Below, in pieces: positions 23,598 to 34,637 of a DNA stretch of 64,000 nt. The first letter of the stretch is position 1; each line of letters starts with the position of its first letter. Under the pieces are notes generated by a model that saw only the letters and a program-made list of their open reading frames with translations, ran no database searches and was not told the DNA's origin. This DNA comes from Marsupella aquatica (Eukaryota > Plantae > Marchantiophyta). Made by a program: the position numbers and the translations under genes. The stretch spans positions 5,655,327-5,719,326 of the forward strand of contig OZ316897.1 of the NCBI GenBank assembly GCA_973895155.1. Direction: 5' to 3'.

Positions 23598-24640
23598 GAT
23601 GTCAGTTGCAGCTCTACCTTTGCCAGTGATACACTCTCGCTGTTTGCAACACTCTGGCAAAGTCTGAGCTCAAACCGCAGCCGATTGCCCTTCCAACTCG
23701 AAGTGAAATTTTGCCCAAGCTAAGAATTGCGAAACTGGAGACATAACAGATCGTGCATGCTAAAGTGCATATCAAACGATGTCGGTTGCAGCTCTAACTT
23801 TGCCAGTGATACATTCTCGCTATTTCCAATGCTCTGGCAAAGTATGAGCTTAAACCGCAGCCGATTTCCCTTCCAACTCGAAGTGAAATTTTGCCCCAAG
23901 CTCATAATTGCAAAACTGGAGATGTAACAGATCGTGCATGCTAAAGTGCATATCAAACGATGTCGGTTACAGCTCTAACTTTGCCAGTGATACATTCTCG
24001 CTGTTTCCAATGCTCTGGCAAAGTCTGAGCTTAAACCGCAGCCGATTTCCCTTCCAACTCGAAGTGAAATTTCGCCCCAAGCTCATAATTGCAAAACTGG
24101 AGACGTAATAGATCGTGCATGCTAAAGTGCATATCAAACGATGTCGGTTGCAGCTCTAACTTTGCCAGTGATACATTCTTGCTGTTTCCAATGCTCTGGC
24201 AAAATCTGAGCTCAAACCGCAGCCGATTGCCCTTCCAACTCGAAGTGAAATTTTGCCCCGAGCTTAGAATCGCGAAACTGGAGACGTAGCAGATCGCGCA
24301 TGCTAAAGTGCATACCAAACGATGTCGGTTGCAGCTCTAACTTTGCCAGTGATACATTCTTGCTGTTTCCAATGCTCTGACAAAATCTGAGCTCAAACCG
24401 CAGCCGATTGCCCTTCCAACTCGAAGTGAAATTTTGCCCCGAGCTCATAATCGCGAAACTGGAGACGTAGCAGATCGCGCATGCTAAAGTGCATACCAAA
24501 CAATGTCGGTTGCAGCTCTAACTTTGCCAGTGATACATTCTTGCTATTTCCAATGCTCTGGCAAAATCTGAGCTTAAACCGCAGCCGATTGCCCTTCTAA
24601 CTCGAAGTGAAATTTCGCCCCAAGCTCAGAATCCCGAAAC
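23598..24640 (-). repeat. 5'UTR tandem array of 180-181-bp monomers (~5.8 units)
   Basis: Unit starts at 23598, 23778, 23959, 24140, 24321, 24502. Confidence 0.95.
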
Positions 24641-25748
24641 TGTGTTTGATGAATAGTTCTTGTACATGTTTGAGATCCAGGAGACAGTCAGTAGAGCTCC
24701 GCCGGAAAATTCGGACTCAGGAGAGTCAAAGTCAGAAGATCAAGAAGAAGCCCAGGAGATAGTACCAGTAAGGGCAGAGTTGGGATCCACGGCTAATGTT
24801 AATGTGGATCCACCATAATACAATGAAGAGGATTTTGAGATTGACAAAGATGAAGAGGAGGGCAAAGCACCTCAAAATTTGGATGTAGAGAGCAAAGGAG
24901 GGGCAGAAGCCTTACAAAACCTGAGTGAGCAGGCGAGCAATGTCGCAAGAGCCTCAAGAGGAAATGGAGGGCAATAACCCTCCCGGAGGAAGATGAAGAT
25001 GAAGATGAAGAAGAAGAAGAGGGGAGGAATGCCACCTTCCAACAACCCATGCTGTCCGAACTTCCGGATACCACCAATCTGGCAGAGTTAAGGACTTCCA
25101 CCCAACATCTGGCGTTCATAGGGAAGCCAATCCCCAACACCAGGGATCTACGTTACTGGTTGAGAGATTTGAAGGGGGCCAAGGCAATGGCGAGGATAGC
25201 AATCATGGAATCTGAGGGCAAGATTTGGGACATGGAGAAGCTAAGGGTAGCAAAAGAGAAGGTTGAGCGACTCCTCGTAAAGGTACATAAAAAGTCTGAA
25301 TCTAACAAGCTCATATTGAAATAGCTGGAGGACTCGAAGGGATTGCTAGACAAGGCGAGGGAGAAAAATGAGGAAGTAACCACAGCTCTGCAACAGGCCC
25401 AAGAGGCGGTCCGGATAGAGAAGGTTGGGACACAGGCCCTAAAGGTCAAGTTAGGGAAGGCCCAGAAGGAGAGAAAGAAGCTACATGAGCTGCTGGCTGA
25501 CAAGGAGGAAGAATGGAGCCACCTATTGTCGACCGCCAAAGAAGAGTTAAAGGCGGTTTTGTATCCCAGCAGAAGGCCGATGAGCTGCAAAGGGTAATTG
25601 AAGAGTTGGAGCAGAAAGTAGGAGAAGGAGAACAATTGGCACTCTGACTGTCCGACCAGATGGCTGCGCATGGGAGAAGGGCGGAAGAACTTGCGGAGAA
25701 AGAGGCGTCAGCCAGACTGGGGGCTTTGGAGAGTGAGGAGAAGTTTTG

Positions 25749-28257
25749 ATTTAGTTGTTGGCTTCCCTTCCTGACTCGGTTTTGGATTCTTCCCGTGCAT
25801 GTCATCTATTCTTGCTTCTTGAGGGTCAGGCCGTCGTGCTCTTCCAGCTTCTAGTAGGGCCTCAATTTGCTCTGCCCTTGAGATCGGCTTGTAAGACGAT
25901 CCCCTTGCATTTAATTTGTTGTCGGAGATAGACGGCGTTGTGGATCCTGTCGGCTCTGCCACAACGCCTGAGGAAAATCCACGGTCCCTGCTGTAGCTCC
26001 CCACTTAACCGTTTCACCCAACTGGTCCACCTTTGGTGCTTCCTCCGGGATTGAAGCTAAAAAGGTGGATTCTATGGTAAAGCAGTCCTCGACCTCTTCT
26101 TCACCTTCCTCCAAGTCACCTTCCATAGGTTCTTGCCATAATCCGCTGGGGGGTACCTCTGGTCCAAAGACACTTTCTTCGGTTAGGTCAGTGAGGCATT
26201 CTAGCCAACGTACCTCATCGGCGGATTCCAGTCCACTGTCGTACCCATCTATCTCCCTGATGCATTTCCTGCGGTCATCCTTAGTGTCCAAGGATACCGT
26301 GATAGATGGGGCCCCAAAGGTGAACTCCTTCTTACCCCAATCCTCTATTACCTTGGCTAGGTACAGCCATGGCCTGCCAATTAATAGCCGAAATGACGTA
26401 GGGTTTACCGGTTTCATTACTACATAGTTAATGCTAAAGAAGATACCTCCTATCTCCATTTTGATGCCGGTTAACACTCCCATGGGAATGACTTGATACC
26501 CATTGGCCATGTTTAACACTCTTCCAGTCATCTCCGGCGTTAGACCCCATCCTTTTGCTGTTGAATCAATCATAATACATACCCCTATCCTCCATCAATG
26601 GGTACTCGCAATAATATTTCTCCTTGAATCATTAATGGTAATGCTGGGGCTCCTTGATCTTCTTCTATCATCAGCACATCGGATTTGGTTGCTACCTTGG
26701 GTAATCTCGGCTTGCCGAGAATCGCCTTCCTTAACTGCTTTCGGAAGTACGGGCTATTTTTCAATAGTTGACCTACGGTTGCCGAGACTCTAGATTCTAG
26801 CACATCTTTAGCCAGGTCATAGGGAACTATCGGCTTCTCTTCTAGCGGTGTCTTCATCTTGGCTTGGTAAAGGTACGGTACCATACATAGCTGAGCTGGT
26901 TGTCCAACACCTTGTTTGCGTGCATTCGGGCATTCTCTAGCAAAATGACCAGGGTGACCACAATTATAGCATGCCGCAAATCTTTGCACATTCAGCCTAG
27001 GAGGTACGGATTTTGAATAATCCGAGGATACATTTATCCCGGATTGTTCCTTAATCCTGACCAGAGAGATGCAGGTCTGTTGGATAGGTGTCGTGCTCCA
27101 GTCTCACTGATGCCGAAAACACTATCAGCAGCATCCCCTAAAAAGTACTCTACTTCTCCCTGACATGGTCTGACCTCAGCCACATGCCAAACATGACTAG
27201 TATTAAGTTTAGGACACGCATCTTTATGGTGTCCGGTTTTATAACATAAGGCACACCATACAGAGCTATCCTCCTGTACTACCTTCTTCTTCGGTTTTAC
27301 CTCTGCTATTATAGCCTTAAGCTGCTCGGTAAGGGCTACGATGTTATCTGGTGTTTTAGCCTCTAGCTTGACTTTCATCTTTCCTCTCCTTCTGCCCTTC
27401 CTTTTCCTAGTTTTTTCTTCTTCAGAACTAGAAGATGACTCACTCTTGCTACCTCCACTATCCGAGCTTGAGTTATCACTTCTTGACTTCTTAGAATGTT
27501 TCTTTTTCTTATCGTTTTTCTTATGGGTTGATCCTTCCTCCGATGAGGAACTCTCAGACTTAAGCAATTTCTTTCGGCTTGTGATATCTGCATTAATGTA
27601 TAATTGAATATCTCTAATTGCCTTGGCTAAAGTCTCTGGATTCTCCTTCCTAATTGCAAAACTCATCTTCTGTGGCAAAGCATTCACTAACCATTGAAGT
27701 TGCATACCTTCAGATGCATTGGTCTTTGTACGTCTTACCAGCTTTTGGAAGCGTTGCAGGAACTTCCTGAAGGATTTGTTCTCCTTGAACCAAAGTCGTC
27801 CCAACTTCAGCACTGCTAATTCTAAAGTTCCAATGGGTCGAAACTCCTTGACAAATAGTGATCTGAAAGTATTCCAGATGGCTTGATCTTCCACGTCCAA
27901 TGCTCTGTACCAAAGCCTAGCCTCACCCTTGAACAGGCCGGGAAGAATTTGCATCTTGATGGCTGATTCTCCATTTGCTGCAGCGGTTCCTTCGAAGTCA
28001 TCCAACCATTCGTCCGGATCCTCATCTCCTCTTCCATGAAAGGCCTTGTAATGAATACGTGACCGTTGGCTTAGTCTGGTCCCTGGCCTCTCGTCTGGCC
28101 GTGCCTTTGGTTCCCCCATGTCGGTTGGAGACTCACTTCTCCTTACCGACCCTTCTTCTGGTATGTCTTCTTCGATGCCACTTTCAGTTACGGAGCTACT
28201 AGCTCTTTCTGCCCCTCTCAGTCGCTGTGTATCATGCCACCCGGTGAGCTGCTGCAA
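25749..28257 (-). pseudogene. Gypsy gag-protease of element A/B
   Basis: Gag F.G..DEDPDEWL..F; CCHC knuckles CALCYKTGHHKDAC and CYNCGHPGHFAREC; protease PIDGG and LLIGRPWL; continues in frame into 8570 after undoing the inversion. Confidence 0.9.
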
Positions 28258-28357
28258 ACGAGCTCTCTCCCGTTGAATCGCTCTTCCTCTCTCGACGTAG
28301 GTTCAGTCATTACCCACGCTTCCTTCCTAACTTCATATCTCACGGGCTTAAGAAATG

Positions 28358-28376
28358 CCCCCTCCATCTAGCGCCA
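28358..28376 (-). promoter_or_regulatory. Primer-binding site of element A/B
   Basis: TGGCGCTAGATGGAGGGGG 4 nt after the LTR-terminal CA; cognate tRNA not determined. Confidence 0.8.
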
Positions 28377-30703
28377 AAAATGTGGTGCGTTCCATTGCTC
28401 CCCAAACCCAAGAAACCCCCCTTGCTCAAGCCGATTCCCGCAGGTTTCGTCCTTGGCGAGGCCGTTTCCGCGGCTTAGCGGCATGGGACGCTGCTTAACT
28501 CTCCTACTACTACTAACATTTTACACACATATACTGGACAGATCCTTCATCGGGTCATGAGATACTTAGCCGGCCTATTCTAGGCCTTCCCTTGTATTCC
28601 TCTCCTGGTCTTCCATTAGGTATGTTTGGATTTCGCCGCCGGAATGATCCCCAATTGGCTTGGTTAAGCTGCTAAGACCTCTCTCAGCTCGACACATCCA
28701 ACTCTCACTCCCTTGCTACTTCCCTTCATTGATGTGGGCACTCTTCACACAAGTTAATGCGACACACAAATAGCAAAATGACTCCTTCTGACTAAGTTAT
28801 ACCATGCACTTGCCATACAAATAGTACTTCTCATACACAAGCTCTGCGAACTAAGCCGTGAGACCAACTCTATTCAGTTCTTAGGCATGAGGAAACATGA
28901 ATATATACAAGGGTCACTGTATAACTAACCGAGAGCTTCTCTTACTACTTGATCCCAGCCCTGCTGGTGCAACTAAAAACTTGCTAAAGAAGAGGCCCTA
29001 GACTCCCCGCTACCCAGGTATTTATCCTGGCAGTGGATCTGTCCAGAACTTCGCTGCATAAGCTTAATCTATCCTACCTATAATCTACCTAACTGTACAG
29101 CGAGGCAGGAGCACAAGTGTTGCTCCTACCAGTGGATCCGCCATCCCACTAATCTAAGTGTCAGGGCCGTCTCCTGGTCTTGATCCTAATCCTAAACTTG
29201 GAGATCTGAGCCCGTCCTGCCCACTCACGCCTCCTACCTCCATGTCCGCCCTTCCTAAAAGGAACGGCGCCCTTGCACCATCACGACACCGGTGGCGGAT
29301 CCTCAATGGACGCCCCCAATGCTTCCCCCATAGCCACTACCGTCAGTCCGTCCCCTGATAGATTACCTGCCCCGGACCGAGTCAACTCTTCATCGGCTTG
29401 ATTGGGTCCACCTCGGCTTCGGCCTCAGCATCGGTCACGGCCTTCGATACGGCTTCGGCCTCCCCGACATGTTCTAGTGGAGGATCCGGTACCTCGGCTT
29501 CATCAATAGCTGTCCCAGCCTCAGCCTTGCCATCCCCACCTTCTTCAACAGGTGGATCTACTGCCGTGACCATGCCGGAGGTTGGTGCCGGGTTGACCTC
29601 CTGGGTCACAACGGCTTGGTAAGCCGTATAACTCCCCGACCCAGAAGGTTTCCGCTTCTTCTTCTTCCCTATTTTGGTAGCTGGTCCCTTCCCCTTGCTA
29701 CCTACCTCCGGCACCGGGGCGTGTGTCTCGGCTTGTCCTTCGGCCAGTACCCCTCCTAGTAACGGAGTTCCCACAATTGGAATTGGACCAGATGAAGCTT
29801 AGCACTGAAATATTGCGGCCTGTTTCTTCAGCCGCTCCGTTTGGTTGTCGGCCCGCCACTGTAAGTTCTCCATCTTCCTGGTGGTTTCCTCCAACTCCTC
29901 CTGGGCTTCCTCCAGGTCCTTCCGTCCCTCCTGCAGCTCCTTTCTGGCTTCCTCCAATTCCAATTTTAAGGTAGCCCTCTCCTCCTGGGTTGCTCTTAGC
30001 TCCTTGTCGAGCTCCGTTACGACCTCAGACTCCATCTTATTCATCTTGGCATAAGTCTGGTCGAGCTGGTTGTCCTTCTCACGCAGGTCGGCCTTGAAGC
30101 TGGCCGTCAGGGATGCAAGCTCTTGCTGCAGCGCAATAATCCCTTGATAGGATTTCCCTAACTCGGCCTCCTTCTACTCAAAGGCTCCGTGGATATCCTC
30201 GAGCTCTCCTTTCAACGCCCTCTCCCTTCTCTAAGTCTCCGCCATGGCCCGGTTGTTGGAGGTTATGTGGGCCTCCTCTGCGTCCCTCAGCTCGTGCTTC
30301 CACTTTTCCCTGTCCTTGACCGCACCGGCCAACTCTCCTTGGGTCCAAGTCAGTTTATCTTTGATAATCTGATTGCCAGACTGAGCGGCATCCAATTGTC
30401 CTTGCATGATGTTTAGCTCATGTCGCTTAATCCATAGCTCATCTTAGCTTGGGCTTTCTTGGCCGCCTGTAGGTCAGATTCCACCTTGGCTTCCATCTCC
30501 CTAAGCTGCCGGATGACCTCGTCCTTCTTGCTTCTCTCCAAAGCCACCGCTTCTTCTAATTGGTGCTTCTCCAACATCTCCCTCTGGAAAAAAGGTCCCT
30601 GCTCCAACTCCTCCCCAAAGATACTGAGGGCCAGGTCCCCACACATCTCCCCATACTCCATGGCTCTATCTTTAGCATAGGTGGAGTAAGTAGAAGTCAT
30701 CGG

Positions 30704-33154
30704 TGTCACGCGATTGACATGGGTCTTAACACCAAAGACGTCACTATGGGTGCCAAAACCATCTCCTTGTACCTGAGGATCACGAAGGGATGTTGTGAAG
30801 GCCGGTAAACACCAATTTATGCCCTTAACACCAGACTATCATAGCAAAGCTCTATCACACATTACCCAAGCTCAATCCCAAGGAACCAAGGTTGGGGATC
30901 AGATCTGCGCTCATGATAGGTCTGGTGAGAAGGGGTCTTCATATCGGGCCCGTACACACAGGGCCTAGCGCTACGGTGCGCATAGGTCTATACGTATGCT
31001 TACTGTCATAGGTATGTTTCTATTCCGCCGCCGGAATGTACCCATAAACCAGTGACTCCTGACTGATTCCCAGCTTAGGGACTTCTAAGCCATTGCCCCA
31101 CCACTCTGCCATTCCACTCTCAGCAATCAGAGCTGTGATAGCCCTCACCCAACCCACTTCAATGCACCCGGTACACCTCTCAGTGGCGCTGCTAGTCTCA
31201 TCATACACTCAGATTGCCTCACACACACACACATCCATGAGAGAAATGAGGCCTGAAAGGAAAACTCAATTGGATTCAAAGATGTGCACAATAGTTCACT
31301 GAGAACACTTGATCCGAACACTAGGCCCGAAGGCTGTCTCCTCCAGATTGCGACGTGCTTGCCCCGCAAGCCCCGTGCTTGCCATGCAAGCTCAATCCTG
31401 AACCTGAGCCCGGCTCACTCCAGATTGCGACGGCAGATTGGACTCGAACCAATCCCGTACTTGCCTTGCAAACTCAATCCTGAACTCAACCTCCTTCACT
31501 GCACTTCATTCTTGGGGGCACGTACAGATCTCACACCTCCATTTCAGAATGTCAAGTACGCATGCACAGTTGACTCGACTTCAAAGCTGGTACCAGGCCT
31601 AACGGCGATCTACCCCAGACTACAATGAGGCCCGGCCTCATGCTTGCCCTGCAAGCTCAGCTCTGGCCATAGATCCCTTAGTGCTCTCCACCAGACAAAG
31701 GCCGGGACTCCCCATGGATCACGTAGCCTTGCCAGACTGAACTGTAAATGCTCCTCCTGCTGCCCCTAAATCAGTACCTCAGCCTCCCTAATGTGCCCAC
31801 CGCAAATCGCATTGAAATCCTCCCCACAGTTTACAATCACCAACACATCACCTTCACCAAGGCTCTGTATCGGGGGAAAAGAACCCAGTTGTGTTGCCCA
31901 CTAGAAAGAGCCACAATCCAGCTCGCAAACCTAGCAACCCGTTGCTGTGAAGCTTGGCTGATTACTCCCTGAGTAATAGCACAACCAAGCTCTCCCCAAC
32001 ACGCAGCGTCCAAGTCCAGCCTTGCTTGCACAGAGCTCCTCCCTGCTGCTCAGTCTAAGTGAGATCACACAACTGAAGTTCCCCCCCTGCCTCTACCGGA
32101 GGGCTGCTCTATATACTCTCTCATTGAGCCCAAATGGGTGGATGCTACGCTGCTGGAGCCCCATCCCAGCCCTAACAGAGCCGCCACTATCTCTAACTAC
32201 TGAACCCTAACTCGCAACTTTATTTCTATCTCGAATTGGCTATGTACTTCGGATTCGGCCCTCCTCCATGGTTTTCGCGAGCTTACGCCTCCTCTCCCGA
32301 TTTCTGTATTCAACCATTTGCTGCGTGGATAACAGCGTTGGAAGCGGCTTGAGCTCCTCTTTCCAACGAGGTCAATTATAGCTGATTTGGTCAAATACAC
32401 AGAGAGTTATGCCCCCGTAACCGAGAGGGGGTACTCACTGTTGCGCTAACCCGAGTTACATAGCTAACCCGAGTTCGGCTAACCTAGCTATCCTATCTAA
32501 CCCGAGTAGAGCTAACCCGTGGTCTCGGGTTAGGCCGCTACCCGCTATCCGCTATCGGCTATCCTAGCCTAAGCTGAGCCCGAACCCGAGCTTACCTATG
32601 CTAACCTGAGCCCGAGTTTAGGCTAACCCGAGTTAAGTCTAACCCGGGATCAATCTAATCCGAACCCGGGTTAAGCCTAAGCTGAAGCCGTGCTTACCTG
32701 AGCTAAGCTGAAGCCGTGCTGACCTAAGCTAAGCTGAAGCCGTGCTGACCTGAGCTAAGCTGAAGCCGTGCTCACATAAGCTAAGCCGTGGTCGAGCTTG
32801 GGTTAACCCGAAACTGAAACTGAATCCACTAATTCCGGCCACAAGTTAACCCGTCACACTAATCAGGCCGTATCTTTCTTAATACACCTTCGTTTCTCGA
32901 GTGTTTTATATCGATTTTACTCGCCTTGACCAGATCTTTCCAATGCTCTTTACAGATCCGCATTTGGTGAGATATTGAAAGAGATATGGTCGCCGACCAC
33001 CTGCGACATAGCTTTTATTTCCGTACTCTTAACGCCATGATTGCCCTTATTCTTGCCATCTTGTTAATTGTTATGCAATATCAATAGCTACTCCTTGCAT
33101 ACAGCAACCTACTTAATCAGATTACAAAATAAGGACCATGTCATTGGCGTCACA
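30704..33154 (-). mobile_element. Solo LTR F (2.45 kb, no long ORF)
   Basis: TGTCACG...CGTCACA ends; TSD ATCGG (30699-30703 / 33155-33159); TATA-like at ~32110; shares 3'-end motifs with D. Confidence 0.9.
32445..32815. repeat. Tandem/degenerate repeats in U3 of solo LTR F
   Basis: GCTAACCCGAG variants and a 26-bp unit CTAAGCTGAAGCCGTGCTGACCTGAG x4 (32677, 32703, 32729, 32755). Confidence 0.85.
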
Positions 33155-34424
33155 ATCGGCATCAACCACCTCGGCCTCTATTCCCAAGCCGCCTTGCGGA
33201 TTTCTTCTACGGTGGCAAGAGGGTTGCTTCTTTTTTCGGCAAGCCGCCTGATGTCCTTTGGCCAATCTCCTCCTGGTAAATCTTTCTCCCTAGCCAGGGC
33301 TGCTTTCTCTTCCTCCCTAAGTCGCTCCTGAAAATCTTGTGCCGTCTGCTTTATACCGTCAAAGCTCGGGGGAGCAACCTCTGGTGGGGGAGACTCAGGG
33401 CTACTTTGCTGGGTGGGGTCCCCTCAAACTACTCTTGGAAGCGTGGGGATAAAATGGCCACAGGTCCTTACTCCTGGAACATGATGATCCGACCCATAGC
33501 CGGAGTTATCATTGCTGTAGTCCTCCATTGCCTCCTCCACTGCTTGGACTCATGGCTTCCCCTTCCGTTCCCCTGGTCCTGCCGTGAAAACGGTCTCATA
33601 GATCACAGGCTCTGGTTCCTCCTCTGCTTTCCAGGCTGTCCTCTCCCTCTGCTTTCCGCGGGAAGGAGCCTTAGGCTGCTCTGCCTCCGATTTGGGGCTT
33701 GAGGCTCCCACATACATTCGCACTCCCGGCTTGTGTTCCAGCCTCCTTCTCTCGTTGGCTCCGGTAAAGGGGTTTTCCCTCCTGAGTCGGCTTAGGCCGG
33801 CCTCTGGGGTAGTGTCCTGTACCGGTGCCATTGCCATTGCCGGTGCCGTTCTCTCCTTCTCCAGCAATTTCAGTAGATTCTGCATGCCTGATTGCTGCAT
33901 CGGCAAGTCTTCTTTCCTTGGCCGAAACACCTGCTTGATCGTAGGACTGGCAGGCTGGTTGGGCTCTTCTATTGCTAGCCTCTACTCCGAAACCTCCTCC
34001 GGTGCCCTTGCCGATAGGGGAAGTACTGGGGCAAATATTTTACTTTTGGCATACCGGCACAACAGCGGCATGTGATAGCCAAGCCGGGACACGCTTCCCA
34101 CGCCGATCACCTACTGTTCCTCCTTCAAGATCTTCTTCAGTTGGTTGAGGAGATACCCGTTTTAATCCCGGCTTGGGTCTGGCTGTAATAGCTGTCTAAA
34201 TTAGAAACTTAGAAATAATGAAAAATTTTAAATTTTTTGTAGTTAGAAATAGATTAAACATAGCCAATTAATCTACTTTTAGATATAAGTAAGGTTAAGA
34301 CTTAAGTTAGGCAGATTAATGGATAATACCCTGAGTAATTAGGTAGGGGTGAGACAAGCCAGAAGAAACTACTATTGATGTTCTCAAAGCGCAAAAGGAA
34401 GATTGGTGCTGCCAAGTTTGATTG

Positions 34425-34575
34425 TGGGCGCAAAGAGCGTTTTGGCGTAAAAGCGCAACGGCGCTTTGGAGCGAAAGCGCAATGGCGCTTTGGAGCAAAA
34501 GCGCAACGGCGTATCGGCGGAAAAGCGCAACAGTGCAATGGAGCAAAGGCGCAACAGAGCAAGAGCGCAATGGCG
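34425..34575 (+). repeat. ~24-bp tandem repeat with core AAAGCGCAACGGCG in LTR G
   Basis: About 6 degenerate units directly upstream of the LTR ORF; a further copy at ~37445. Confidence 0.8.
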
Positions 34576-34637
34576 GATCACTTGCCATTGATCTCTTCGG
34601 ATCGATAGTTGGCGACAATGCCTTGTTTCTTGTTACT

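Larger units (their letters stand above)
19411..24640 (-). mobile_element. Full-length RTEX-like LINE (copy 3)
   Basis: Tandem-repeat 5'UTR, ORF1, ORF2, short 3'UTR, (CATTAC)n tail; 8-bp TSD with one mismatch TGTTTTTG (19404-19411) / TGTGTTTG (24641-24648). Confidence 0.95.
18320..25748 (+). mobile_element. 5' part of giant gene-bearing LTR E, interrupted by full-length LINE
   Basis: Decayed long ORF 18742-19410 continues at 24641 (HNVF|DE*FLYMFEIQ..), then acidic and coiled-coil segments to 25748; start TCAGTAAAG-CACCATTATTA mirrors the far end TGAACTGAA-CACCACTATTA. Confidence 0.55.

Noticed and set aside
23598-24640. CRISPR array or repeated small ORFs
   Set aside because: Head-to-tail 181-bp units with no unique spacers, inside a eukaryotic LINE; the ORFs are by-products of the repeat
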